The notes beneath the pieces were generated by a model. That model was given only the letters and a program-made list of their open reading frames with translations, was not told where the DNA came from and made no database searches. A stretch of 64,000 nucleotides of DNA, taken from an uncultured cyanobacterium. Lineage in GTDB: Bacteria > Cyanobacteriota > Cyanobacteriia > PCC-6307 > Cyanobiaceae. Shown here in pieces: positions 18,751 to 31,021 of this stretch. The position numbers were made by a program, and so were the translations under genes. The stretch lies in contig CAVONQ010000002.1 in NCBI GenBank assembly GCA_963697335.1, positions 1-64,000 on the forward strand, written 5' to 3'. The first letter of the stretch is position 1; every line of letters begins with the position of its first letter.

Positions 18751-18938
18751 CGCCCCTGCGTCGGCGCCTGCTGCTGGCGGTGCTGCTGCTGGGCAGCTTC
18801 CAGCTGGGCCGCTCCAGCGAACGCCAGATCTGGCCCTGCCGGCTGCGGCCCCTGGCCGCCCTGGTGGAGCCCCTGCTGCAGAGGGAGCTCCCCGATGAGC
18901 AGCTGTGCGACCTGCTGCTGCGGCTACCCGGCGGCTGA
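18747..18938 (+). CDS. Small hypothetical exported protein (63 aa)
   Basis: GTGA overlap with the glyQ stop; signal-like [12 protein letters not shown]; two Cys. Confidence 0.5.
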   Translation: MTPLRRRLLLAVLLLGSFQLGRSSERQIWPCRLRPLAALVEPLLQRELPDEQLCDLLLRLPGG

Positions 18939-18991
18939 GGCTTCCCGGGGGGTTGCTGAGGGCGGGGAGCTGCTGTGGCAACGCTGGGGCC

Positions 18992-21025
18992 ATGGGATTG
19001 CCACCAGGCCCGCTGCCGCTGCCAATGCCGGCGCCGCCGGCGCCCTCCGCCGGCTCCCGCCCCAGGCGGCGCCGGCTCGTCTGGGCGGCCCTGGTGGCTC
19101 TGGTGCTGCTGCGGGCGTTGTGGGTGTCGATCTCACCGCCGCTGGCCGCACCGGGGGATCCGGTGCGGCAGCTCGATGCCCCGGGGGCCGCCGGCGGCGC
19201 CCCGCTGCTCGTGAGCCTGCGCGGCACCCTGCTCAGTGATCCCCAGCCGGCGGGGCCGGACGGGGCCTGCCGGGCCCTGCTGCAGCTGCCCCAGGGGCGC
19301 ACCGAGCTGCGCCTGGCCTCCTGCGGGGCCCTGCAGCAGGGCTGGCGCCTGCAGGCCAGGGGCCGGTTGCGACGACCAGAACCGGCGCCCCACCCACTGC
19401 TGGCGGGTCCGGCGGAACGGCTGCGCCGCCAGGGGGCGGCCACCCAGCTGCAGGTGGAGCAGGTCACCGTGCTGGCCCGTCCCCAAACCCCCCTGGCCGA
19501 CCTGCGCCGCCGTCTGGCCCAGCGGCTGCTGGCGGGCGCGGGCGCGGAGCGGGGTGGGGTGCTGGCGGCCCTGGTGCTCGGCAGCGCCCGGGTGCCCTTG
19601 CCGCCGGAGCTCAAGGAGGCCTTCCGCGCCGCGGGACTCTCCCATGCCCTGGCGGCTTCAGGCTTCCACCTCAGCGTGCTGCTGGGAGCGGTGCTGCCCC
19701 TGGGGCGTCGCCTGCCCCGCTGGCCGCGGTTGGGCCTGGCCGGCGTGGCCATGCTGCTGTTCGTGCTGCTGGCCGGCCCCCAGCCTTCGGTGCTGCGGGC
19801 CGTGCTGATGGGGGGCCTGGCCATGGCGGTGCTGGAGAGCGGCGGCCGCGGGCGGCCCTTCGGGATCCTGATGGCCAGTGCCCTGGTGCTGCTGCTATGG
19901 CGGCCCGAGTGGCTGGCTGATGTGGGCTTCCAGCTCAGCGTGGTGGCCACGGCCGCCCTCGTGGTCTGCGCCGGTCCCCTGGAGCAGGGCCTGCGCCGCC
20001 GGCTGCCGCCCTGGTGCCCGGGCTGGCTCGCCGCCGCCAGTGCCGTGCCCCTCGCCGCCTCGCTCTGGACCCTGCCGCTGCAGCTGTTCCACTTCGGCGT
20101 GGTGCCCCTCTACGCCGTGCCGGCCAATCTGGTGGCAGCGCCGTTGCTCACACCCCTCACCCTGGGGGCGATGGCCCTGGCCCTGGTGGCGGTGCTGGTG
20201 CCTCCCCTGCTCGGCCTGCTGTTGCCGCCGGTGGCGTGGTGCTGCGGCCTGCTGCTGCTGGTGGTGAAGGGCTTCGCCGCCCTGCCCATGGCCCAGTGGC
20301 AGCTCGGCAGGCCGGAGCCCCTGCTGGTGCTGCTGCTTGCAGCAGGCGTGCTGGGGTTGAGTGTGCCGGCCCCCCCGGGCCTGCCGCGGCTGGGCCGCCG
20401 GCTGGCGCCGGCGCTTCTGCTGCTGGCGGCCCTGGGCCATCTGGCCCTGCTGCGGGCCGACCAGCTCGTGCTGGTGCACCAGGGCAGCCGCGACCTGCTG
20501 CTGGCCCGCCACCAGGGCCGGGCGGCGCTGGTGAGCCTCCAGGCCGATGGCTTCAGCTGCAGTCAGGCCCGCCAGCTCGCCACCGGTTTCGGCATCGGCC
20601 GCTTCGACTGGGCCCTGCTGCTGGATCCGGTGGCCCCGGCTGAGCCCGCCTGCTGGCAGCGCCAGGCGGGGCTGGTGCTGGCCAGTGCCGATGGCAGCCT
20701 GCCGCTGCAGCCGGGCCAGTGGCTGGGCAGCCCCGGGCTGGTGGCGGAGCCGCTCAGCGCCGACAGCCGGGCCATCACCCTCGTGCTGGGGCGGCGCCGC
20801 TGGCTCTTGCTGCCCGACCGCCAGGCCCTGAGGGCCTGGCGGGCCACCGAAGGCAAGGCCTGGGACGGCATCTGGCTGGGGGTGCTGCCGCGGCGGCCCG
20901 AGCGCCAGGCCGTGACCGCCGCCAGCCGGGGAGCCATCTGGCTGAGCGGCGGCAGGCCGACCGATGCCCCGCCGGGCTGGAGCGCCAGCGGCCCGCGGGG
21001 CTGGCTGCAGCGGGGCTGGGGTTGA
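18992..21025 (+). CDS. comEC: ComEC/Rec2 competence protein
   Basis: GLSHALAASGFH, SVLRA..M, DVGFQLS, PANLVAAP. Start approximate. Confidence 0.9.
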   Translation: MGLPPGPLPLPMPAPPAPSAGSRPRRRRLVWAALVALVLLRALWVSISPPLAAPGDPVRQLDAPGAAGGAPLLVSLRGTLLSDPQPAGPDGACRALLQLPQGRTELRLASCGALQQGWRLQARGRLRRPEPAPHPLLAGPAERLRRQGAATQLQVEQVTVLARPQTPLADLRRRLAQRLLAGAGAERGGVLAALVLGSARVPLPPELKEAFRAAGLSHALAASGFHLSVLLGAVLPLGRRLPRWPRLGLAGVAMLLFVLLAGPQPSVLRAVLMGGLAMAVLESGGRGRPFGILMASALVLLLWRPEWLADVGFQLSVVATAALVVCAGPLEQGLRRRLPPWCPGWLAAASAVPLAASLWTLPLQLFHFGVVPLYAVPANLVAAPLLTPLTLGAMALALVAVLVPPLLGLLLPPVAWCCGLLLLVVKGFAALPMAQWQLGRPEPLLVLLLAAGVLGLSVPAPPGLPRLGRRLAPALLLLAALGHLALLRADQLVLVHQGSRDLLLARHQGRAALVSLQADGFSCSQARQLATGFGIGRFDWALLLDPVAPAEPACWQRQAGLVLASADGSLPLQPGQWLGSPGLVAEPLSADSRAITLVLGRRRWLLLPDRQALRAWRATEGKAWDGIWLGVLPRRPERQAVTAASRGAIWLSGGRPTDAPPGWSASGPRGWLQRGWG

Positions 21026-21066
21026 GCGATCCGTAAAGTCGTCTGCGGAGCCTCGGGCTCCTGGTT

Positions 21067-21151
21067 GGAGAGGTGGCTGAGTGGTCGAAAGCGAACGACT
21101 CGAAATCGTTTGAAGGGCAACCTTCCGTGGGTTCGAATCCCACCCTCTCCG
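21067..21151 (+). tRNA. tRNA-Ser(CGA)
   Basis: GGAGAGG/CCTCTCC acceptor stem, anticodon arm AACGA-CTCGAAA-TCGTT, long variable arm, GTTCGAATC. Confidence 0.97.
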
Positions 21152-21259
21152 TTTTCCAGCGGCTTCTTCCCAGCAGCTCCCCGGCCCCGATTGCCCATCG
21201 GCAGGCTGGTACTGCCGGCTCTAGCGGCAGGCTGTTGCCGCGATTCACTGCCCCGGCCA

Positions 21260-22708
21260 ATGAAGCATCAGAGCCCTGTCTTGCTGGCTGGAGGGATGGT
21301 CGCGGCGGCGCTGCTGCTGCAGGCGCCCGCCCGGGCCGGCACCCTCTCGGGAACGGCGAGCTATCGGGAGCGCATCGCCCTGCCCCCCGATGCGGTGTTT
21401 GAGGTGGTGATCGAGGACATCGCCCGGGCCGATGCCCCCGCCAAGGTGCTGAGTCGGGTGCGCCTGGACCCCGCCGGTCAGTCGCCCTTTCGCTTCTCCA
21501 TCCCGTACCGGGAGGAGGACCTGAGTTCCAACGGCCGCTACGCCGTGCGCGCCACGGTGCGCCAGGGCGGGTGGTTGCTGTTCACCACCGAAACGGTCAA
21601 CCCGGTGCTCGGCGGCGCCGCCAGCCAGCCCTTGAACCTGCGGTTGGTGCAGGTGGCGGGCGGCCGTCAGCCCTCTCCCCAGGGGCCCCTGGGCCGGTTG
21701 CCGGCCAGCTGGCGCGGCGATCTGCCTGCCGCCGGTGGCACCACCCGCTGGCAGGTGGACCTGCTCACCGACGGCAGCTTCCAGCTGCGCCAGACCTTCC
21801 TGGATCGCCCCGCCCCGAACAGCTTTGATGACATCGGCCGCTGGCGCCTGGAGCCGCCCGGCCCCCGCCTGGTGCTGCGCGGCGGCCGGGAAGCGCCCGT
21901 GCTGCTCCAACCCCTGGAGGGCGGTACCGCCCTGCGCAAGCTCGACCTGCAGGGTGAGCCGATCCCCTCGCGTCTCAATGACCGCCTGCAGCGGCTGCCC
22001 GCACCTGAGCCGATCGAGCCGCGCCTCCACCTGCGGGGGATGTTCCGCTACCAGGCCGATGCGGCCAGCATCCGGCTCTGCGCCACCGGCGCGCGCCTGC
22101 CGGTGGCCATGGAGGGCGACTACCTGAAGCTGGAGCGGGCCTACCTGGAGGCCCAGCCGGCTGGATCGGCCGGCCAGCCGCTGCTGGTGAACCTGGAGGG
22201 GCTGATCAGCCAGCGCCCCTCGGCTGAGCCGGGTCGGGGGCCGCAGCGCACCCTGGTGGTGGAGCGGTTCGTGGGGGTGCATCCAGGCGAGGGCTGCTCC
22301 GGCGCCGACGCCTCGACCAAGGCTTCAGCCGCCCCGGCGCCCCGGCCCAGCTTGCGGGGCTCCGTCTGGCGGCTGGAGGCCCTGCAGGATGGAGAGGGCC
22401 CCACGTTGGCCGAGCCCCCCGGCCGGCCGCTGGAGTTGCGGCTCGACGCCGACGCCAACCGGGTGAGTGGCAGCGGCGGCTGCAACCGGCTCATCGGCGG
22501 CTTCCGGCTCGACGGCGAACACCTCAGCTTTTCCAAGTTGGCCAGCACCCAGATGGCCTGCCCGCCTGAGCTGATGGCCATGGAACAGCGCTACGTGGAG
22601 GCGCTGGGGCAGGTGCGTCGCTGGAGCATCGACAAGCGGAACCTGCTGCTCCAGGACGGCAAGGGGCGCACGCTGCTGCTGTTCAAGTCAGCCCCGCCAG
22701 CCCCCTGA
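21260..22708 (+). CDS. Exported multidomain protein: YbaY-like + NlpE-like N/C domains + META (HslJ)
   Basis: Signal peptide; YRERIALPPDA (YbaY); WRGDLPAA...DIGRW and LRGMFRYQADAA..C (NlpE-like); GSGGCNRL...ASTQMAC (META). Confidence 0.8.
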   Translation: MKHQSPVLLAGGMVAAALLLQAPARAGTLSGTASYRERIALPPDAVFEVVIEDIARADAPAKVLSRVRLDPAGQSPFRFSIPYREEDLSSNGRYAVRATVRQGGWLLFTTETVNPVLGGAASQPLNLRLVQVAGGRQPSPQGPLGRLPASWRGDLPAAGGTTRWQVDLLTDGSFQLRQTFLDRPAPNSFDDIGRWRLEPPGPRLVLRGGREAPVLLQPLEGGTALRKLDLQGEPIPSRLNDRLQRLPAPEPIEPRLHLRGMFRYQADAASIRLCATGARLPVAMEGDYLKLERAYLEAQPAGSAGQPLLVNLEGLISQRPSAEPGRGPQRTLVVERFVGVHPGEGCSGADASTKASAAPAPRPSLRGSVWRLEALQDGEGPTLAEPPGRPLELRLDADANRVSGSGGCNRLIGGFRLDGEHLSFSKLASTQMACPPELMAMEQRYVEALGQVRRWSIDKRNLLLQDGKGRTLLLFKSAPPAP

Positions 22709-22755
22709 TCCCAGGAGTGCTGGGCGTCCCCGACGGCGTCCAAACAACCTGCAAG

Positions 22756-22800
22756 AAAAAAGGCGGTACCCAAGAGGGTGCCCGCCCGAGGAACGTCTTC
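22756..22800 (-). ncRNA. Candidate small RNA ending in an intrinsic terminator
   Basis: Minus strand reads TGTAATAAT (-10-like), then GAAGACGTTCCTCG, then the GGCGG..ACCC-TCTT-GGGT.CCGCC hairpin and T6. No minus-strand gene lies directly upstream. Confidence 0.5.
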
Positions 22801-22986
22801 ACCAACATTATTACAGAGAGTGAACGGGCTTCCTCAGGATCTGACCCGCCCCATGGAGGAGCTGATCTCGGCAGGGTCTTTTCAGGCGGGATCAGGCGGA
22901 TCGGCCCTCTCGTGGGCTCTCGTTCGCGTGGCGGCCTCCTGCTGAACGCCCTAGCTTTTGAATGTTCAGTCTGCTCGTCGAGGGCG

Positions 22987-23178
22987 ATGCGCATCACCGA
23001 GTGCGATGGCCAGTTCCTGATGTCCATCAGCGCCCGCGAGGCCTCCCGGCTGCTGGATGCCTGCGCGGTGGTGGTGCTGGCCGCCGATGCGGAGCCCACC
23101 GTGCCGTTGCCCATCGAGATGACATCCCTGCTGGCCGATCTGCTCGAAGGTCTGCGCAGCCCGGCGACCGTTGAGTGA
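22987..23178 (+). CDS. Small hypothetical protein (63 aa)
   Basis: GAGG upstream of the ATG, host codon usage, MRITECDGQFL... Confidence 0.6.
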   Translation: MRITECDGQFLMSISAREASRLLDACAVVVLAADAEPTVPLPIEMTSLLADLLEGLRSPATVE

Positions 23179-23236
23179 CGCCATCCGCTGGGGCTCGGAG
23201 GGAGCAGAGTGCCCGAAGTCGCAGGTGGGCGCAGCG

Positions 23237-23584
23237 ATGCCCTGGTTTGTGAAGCTGGAGGAGGGCCTGGTGGACAAAGCCCACTTCGATGCGGTGGTGC
23301 CGTTGCATCTGGCCTGGTTGGCCGAAATCGAAGCGCAGGGCCATCGCCCCGTGAGTGGCTACTGGGCCGACCGCCGTGGTGCTGAGGGTGCCGGCGGCAT
23401 GCTGCTGTTCTGGGCCGAATCCTGGGATGAGGCCTCTCGGCTGGTGCGCCACGATCCCCTGATCGAGCAGGGATGTGTTCGCTGGACCCTGCACGAATGG
23501 GCTCCGGTGTTCGGCGTTCCCGCTCCGGTGTCGCCGCCTGCCTCCGCGGTCGCCTCAGGAATGAAACAGCAGCACCAGCCCTGA
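23237..23584 (+). CDS. YciI family protein
   Basis: MPWFVKLEEG...HLAW...GGMLLF.A.S..EA..LV..DPLI. Confidence 0.85.
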   Translation: MPWFVKLEEGLVDKAHFDAVVPLHLAWLAEIEAQGHRPVSGYWADRRGAEGAGGMLLFWAESWDEASRLVRHDPLIEQGCVRWTLHEWAPVFGVPAPVSPPASAVASGMKQQHQP

Positions 23585-23797
23585 GCTGATCTGGTGGAAT
23601 TCCCGCTCCTCGCGGCTGAGGTCGAGCCCCACCTGCAAGCCCTCCTTGAGGGCGTCCTCATAGGGCGGGGCCGCGGGCGCGGTGCCGGCGTGCCAGAGCG
23701 CGGCGATGCCCACGGGCGTGGCATGCCACCGGAAGCAGGCTGTGGTCCCGATGTCCGGCTCCTGGAGGGCTTCTTCAAGGAGGTCGCGAATCGGCAT
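23555..23797 (-). CDS. Hypothetical protein (80 aa)
   Basis: FRWHATPVGIAALW...GLDLSREEREFHQ; host codon usage. Confidence 0.7.
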   Translation of the reverse strand: MPIRDLLEEALQEPDIGTTACFRWHATPVGIAALWHAGTAPAAPPYEDALKEGLQVGLDLSREEREFHQISSGLVLLFHS

Positions 23798-23846
23798 GGG
23801 CCCTGGGACGTGCCAGCAGCTTCGGCAGTTCCTTCAATCCGGGCAA

Positions 23847-24887
23847 TCAGCTGAGAGCTTTCGTGATGAAAGGGGTCAGCCCCGCCACCAGGAAGGCTGC
23901 GGCCAGCCAGAGCCCTTGGAGCCGCAGCGACAGCCGCAGCATCCGCTGCACAGCAGGCGCATCCGGTGGCGGCAGCCCCTCCGCCAGCAGTGGTTTGTTT
24001 CGCAGGCAGCCGCCATAGCGGTTGCTGCCCCCCAGCTGCACCCCTACGGCATGGGCGTAGGCCGCCTGGGACACCCCCGCATTCGGAGAGGGATCGGGCG
24101 CCCCATCCCGCAGGGCGAGCCCCAGCCCTCGCCAGGCCCCCCCCAGCCCCTGGCCGGCGGCGAGCGGCAGGCTCAGGGCCACCAGGCGGCAGGGAAGCCA
24201 CACCAGCAGGTCGTCGAGCCGGGCTCCGGCCGTGCCCAGCCACACCAGGCTGCCGTGGCGGTAGCCCAGCATCGAATCGAGGGTGCTGGCTGCCTTGAAG
24301 GTCCAGGCCAGGGCCAGGGGGCCAGGCCAGCCGGGCGCCCATGGGCTCAGGGCAGCCCCCACCAGCATCCAGAACAGGGGCGCGAAGAGGCCGTCCACGG
24401 CGTTTTCGCTGGCGGTTTCGGCCAGGGCCCGCAGGATCTCCTCGTTGTTGAGGTGGTCGGTGTCGCGGCCCACGATGCGGGCCAGCTGCCGCCGGGCGGG
24501 TTCGAGATCCGCCGCCGCCAGCAGCTCCAGCACCCCGGTCACGGCGTCGTCGAGGCTGCGGCCGGCCAGGGCGCTGGCCAGTCCCACCACCAGCACCGCC
24601 ACCCCCAAGGCGCTGTGGGCCGCCCAGCGCTCCAGCAGCCAGCCGGCAGACCCACTGAGCCCCACCACCAGCACCGTGATGGCCACGCCGGCCCAGCGCA
24701 ACCGGCCGGGGCGACCCGCGGCCCAGCCCTCGGCCAGCCGCCGCAGGCGGGCGATGCTCCAGCCCATCACCTGCACCGGATGGAGCCAGCGCTGGGGATC
24801 CCCCAGGCCGCGATCGAGCAGGGCAGCCGCCAGCACCTCCAACACCTGCATCACCTGCATCACCTGCAGCACCGGAATCAGCGGCAT
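23847..24887 (-). CDS. cobD: Adenosylcobinamide-phosphate synthase CobD/CbiB
   Basis: LGDP..WLHPV, IVGRDT, SENAVDG.FAPLFW, STLDSMLGY, SPNAG. Confidence 0.93.
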   Translation of the reverse strand: MPLIPVLQVMQVMQVLEVLAAALLDRGLGDPQRWLHPVQVMGWSIARLRRLAEGWAAGRPGRLRWAGVAITVLVVGLSGSAGWLLERWAAHSALGVAVLVVGLASALAGRSLDDAVTGVLELLAAADLEPARRQLARIVGRDTDHLNNEEILRALAETASENAVDGLFAPLFWMLVGAALSPWAPGWPGPLALAWTFKAASTLDSMLGYRHGSLVWLGTAGARLDDLLVWLPCRLVALSLPLAAGQGLGGAWRGLGLALRDGAPDPSPNAGVSQAAYAHAVGVQLGGSNRYGGCLRNKPLLAEGLPPPDAPAVQRMLRLSLRLQGLWLAAAFLVAGLTPFITKALS

Positions 24888-24904
24888 CAGTGAGAACGGC
24901 GGGA

Positions 24905-27629
<2,725 letters not shown>

Positions 27630-27692
27630 GGCTGGGAGGCGGCGAGTGGTGGTGGTGGAGAGAACGGGGGGTGGGCTCTGGTCGGGCCCGGC

Positions 27693-28392
27693 TCAGCCGA
27701 TGCCGGCGGGGCTGCGCTGGGCGGCCAGGGGGGTGCCGCTGGGGAGGTCCTTCTGGCTGGTGAGCACTCGGTCGATCAGGCCGTACTCGAGGGCCTGGGC
27801 AGCGGTGAGGTAGGTCATGCGGTCGGAGTCCTTGGAGAGCTCCTCGACGCTGCGGCCGGTGTTGGCCGCCAGCATGTCCAGCATGGTGCGCTTGTTGTGC
27901 AGCACTTCCTGGGCCCGGATCTGGATGTCACTGGCCTGGCCGCGGGCGCCGCTGCGGGGCTGGTGCAGCACGATCGTGGCGTGGGGCAGGGCTGCCCGCT
28001 GCCCCTTGGTGCCGGCGCTGAGGATCATCGCCGCGGTGCCCATCGCCTGGCCGATGCAGATCGTGTGCACCGGCGGCTTCACGTAGCTGATCGTGTCGGC
28101 AATGGCGAAGGCCTCGGTTTCAAAGCCGATGGCGTCGCCGGTGAACCAGGAGGTGCCGGTGGAATTGATGTAGAAGAAAATCGGCTTGTCCGGATTGTCG
28201 AATTCCAGATAGAGCAGCTGGGCGATGATCAGCTCGGTCACATCGATGCCCATCTGGCGCTTGGCCTCGTCGTCGCTGAACAGCGGCAGACCCCAGGTAC
28301 ACGATCCGCTCCTTGAGCAGCAGGGAGGGGAGGTCCGGCGGCGGTGTGCGCATCACGGCGGAGTCGCCGTAGTAGGGAGCTGACACCGACAT
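27693..28392 (-). CDS. clpR: Non-catalytic Clp subunit ClpR, with an apparent +1 frameshift at 28291-28294
   Basis: MSVSAPYYG..RTPPPDLPSLLLKERIVYLG in one frame and LPLFSDDEAKRQMGIDVTELIIAQLL in the next; GQAMG lacks the catalytic Ser. Confidence 0.88.
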
Positions 28393-28423
28393 GCGTTGAC
28401 CCTGACAGGCACTGGCTCGGAGC

Positions 28424-29589
28424 CTAGCGGGAGGCCCTCGGCTTGCGCTTGCTGCCGGGAGGTGTGGATCGCTCCCCCCCCTCTCGTTGCCATGGCCGCC
28501 CGCCTCGGCGGCGGCGGAATGCAGGGCGGCCTCGCGCCGGGCGAACACGATGCGGCCGGTCGGGTTCTGCAGGGCACCGGTGACCACCACCGGCAGGCGT
28601 TCGCCGATGTTGTCCCGGGCTCCCTCCACCACAACCATGGTGCCGTCATCGAGGTAGCCCACGCCCTGGTCGGCCTCCTTGCCCTCACGGGCGATCTTGA
28701 GCTGCAGCTCATCGCCGGGCTGCACCTCGGGCCGCAGGGCGATCACCAGCTCGCTGAGGTTGAGCACCTTGAGGCTTTTGACCTCGGCCACCTTGGCCAG
28801 GTTGTAGTCGGTGGTCAGCAGGGTGCCGCCGGTGTCGGCGGTGAGGGCCTGCAGCTTGTCGTCCACCCCTTTGCCCTCGTAGCGGGTGCTGTTCACCACC
28901 AGGCGGCGGCCGTACTGCTCGCGCAGCTCGGTGAGCAGCTTCAGGCCGCGGCGGCCGCGGCCGCGCTTCTCGGCATTGCCGGAATCGGCCAGGGCCTGGA
29001 GTTCGTCGATCACGCACTGGGCCACGATCACCTGACCCTCCAGCAGGCCGGAGTCGAGCAGGCCGCGCAGGCGGCCATCGATCACCACGCTGGTGTCGAG
29101 GATCTTGGCGCTGGCGGGCTGCAGCACCCCCTCGGCCACCAGCAGGGCCTCGGTGCTGCTGGGGTTGAACAGGCGCAGCAGGGTGCGGCCGTGCACCTCG
29201 GCGAGGTTGTAGCCCGACACGCCGAAGAACACGTTGCTCAGCACCGCCGCCAGCGGCTTCACGAACACCACCTCCCAGGGAAGGGGCAGCAGCAGGATCG
29301 GCGCCAGCAGCAGGTTGGCCACCAGCAGCCCGAGAATCAGGCCCACGGCCCGGCTGACCAGCAGGTCAGTGGGCATGCTGCGCACCTGGCGCATCAAGTT
29401 GCGGCGCAGCTGGCTGAAGAACACCCCGGCGATCAGCCCGAAAAAGGCCCCGAAGCCGCCCAGCACGGTGCGCAGGCCCTCGGGGTTGTCCACCTCGGCC
29501 AGCATGGCCTTGGGCAGCAGGTCCACTCCCAGCCAACCGGCGGCGGCACCGGAGATCATGAACAGGACCAGGATGAGGGAGTCCACCAT
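28424..29589 (-). CDS. Membrane-anchored PIN/TRAM domain protein (YacL-like), apparent frameshift near the 3' end
   Basis: TM helices, KILDTSVVIDGR (PIN), GKEADQGVGYLDDGTMVVV (TRAM). As sequenced it misses the TAG at 28424-28426. Confidence 0.88.
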
Positions 29590-29701
29590 TGAGGCTGTGT
29601 GGCGAGCTCCGAGCGATCCAGTGCGCAGCATGGCTGAAACCCGCCGCTTTGGCCTGCGGAGGTAACCGCACTTGATCGCCTCCACACCGTTGGCGCGGCC
29701 G

Positions 29702-31021
29702 GTGGGGTCCACCGCCCTGCCCCCCCGCAGCGCCTACCTGCACATCCCCTTCTGTCACCGTCGCTGCTTCTATTGCGACTTTCCGGTGGTGCCCCTGGGC
29801 GATCGGGCCGGGGCGGCGCAGGGCCAGCCCGGTTCCGTCTCGATTGCGGCCTATCTGGAGCTGGTGCTACGGGAGATCGCCCTGGCTGCCTGGCCCGTGG
29901 GCCCGCCGCCGCCGCCGCTCTCCACGGTGTACCTGGGCGGCGGCACCCCCTCGCTGCTGGAGCCGCAGCAGGTGCGGGCGCTGCTGCGGGCCCTGGAGCG
30001 GCGCTTCGGTCTGGCCCCAGGGGCGGAGATCAGCCTGGAGCTCGACCCCGCCAGCTTCGATCGGGCCCGCCTGCTGGCCTACCTGGATGCCGGTGTGAAC
30101 CGGGTGAGCCTCGGGGGCCAGAGCTTTGACGACACCGTGCTGCAGCAGCTGGGGCGACGCCACAGCGGCCACGACCTGCGCGAGGCCTGCCGCTGGCTGG
30201 TCCAGGCCCGGCGCGATGGCCCGCTGGCCAGCTGGAGCCTGGATCTGATCCAGGCGGTGCCGGGCCAGAGCCTCGAGGGCTGGCGAGATCAGCTGCGCCA
30301 GGCGGTCGCCATCGGTGCGCCGCACCTCTCGGTCTACGACCTCACAATCGAGCCCGGCACCGTGTTTGCGCGGCGCCTGGAGCAGGGCCGGCTGGCGCTG
30401 CCGGATGACGATCTGGCCGCCGACTTGATGGAGCTCAGCAGCGCCGAGCTGGGGGCGGCCGGCTATGGCCACTACGAGGTGTCCAACTACGCCCTGGCCG
30501 GCCACGCCTCGCGCCACAACCGGGTGTACTGGAGCGGGGCGGGCTGGTGGGCCTTCGGCATGGGGGCCACGGCGGCGCCCTGGGGCGAGCGGCAGGCCCG
30601 GCCCCGCACCCGGGAGGCCTACGCCCAATGGTTGGACCAGGCCGCGACGCTGGCTCAGGTCGGGCTGCTGGGCCAGGCCGGGGCGCCCCAGGCGGCGGGG
30701 ATGCCCCTCGATGAGCGCCTGATGGTGGGGTTGCGGCGGCGGGAGGGGGTGCGACCAGCCCAGCTGCTGCGCGCAGAGGGCTGGCAGGAGGAGGAGATCA
30801 GGGCCGAGCTGGACCTCCTCAGGCAACGGCTGCAGCCCTGGCTGGCGCGGGGGCTGCTGCTGCTGGAGGGGGAGCGCTGGCGGTTGAGCGATCCCCAGGG
30901 GCTGGCCCTCAGCAATGCGGTGCTGCGGGAGCTGTGGAAGTGGTTGGACGACTCTGGGCTGCGAGCCACTGCCGCAGCGCCTCCAGTGCCAGGGAGCGAC
31001 CCTGCAGCAGGGGCGGGCTGA
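29702..31021 (+). CDS. hemW: Radical SAM heme chaperone HemW (HemN-like)
   Basis: [35 protein letters not shown]. Start approximate. Confidence 0.9.
   Translation: MGSTALPPRSAYLHIPFCHRRCFYCDFPVVPLGDRAGAAQGQPGSVSIAAYLELVLREIALAAWPVGPPPPPLSTVYLGGGTPSLLEPQQVRALLRALERRFGLAPGAEISLELDPASFDRARLLAYLDAGVNRVSLGGQSFDDTVLQQLGRRHSGHDLREACRWLVQARRDGPLASWSLDLIQAVPGQSLEGWRDQLRQAVAIGAPHLSVYDLTIEPGTVFARRLEQGRLALPDDDLAADLMELSSAELGAAGYGHYEVSNYALAGHASRHNRVYWSGAGWWAFGMGATAAPWGERQARPRTREAYAQWLDQAATLAQVGLLGQAGAPQAAGMPLDERLMVGLRRREGVRPAQLLRAEGWQEEEIRAELDLLRQRLQPWLARGLLLLEGERWRLSDPQGLALSNAVLRELWKWLDDSGLRATAAAPPVPGSDPAAGAG

Noticed and set aside
21065..21259. ORF-track N-terminal extensions running through tRNAs or intergenic DNA (also 47991-48071, 49455-49781)
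   Set aside because: They overlap tRNA genes or non-coding leaders; downstream starts match the family N-termini.
21067..23800. tRNA-Ser-anchored integrative island
   Set aside because: No integrase and no duplicated tRNA 3' end found downstream.
28120..29712. Genuine 530-aa PIN/TRAM-ClpR fusion protein
   Set aside because: Explained by two single-base indels in G runs; the fused ORF ends out of frame inside clpR.
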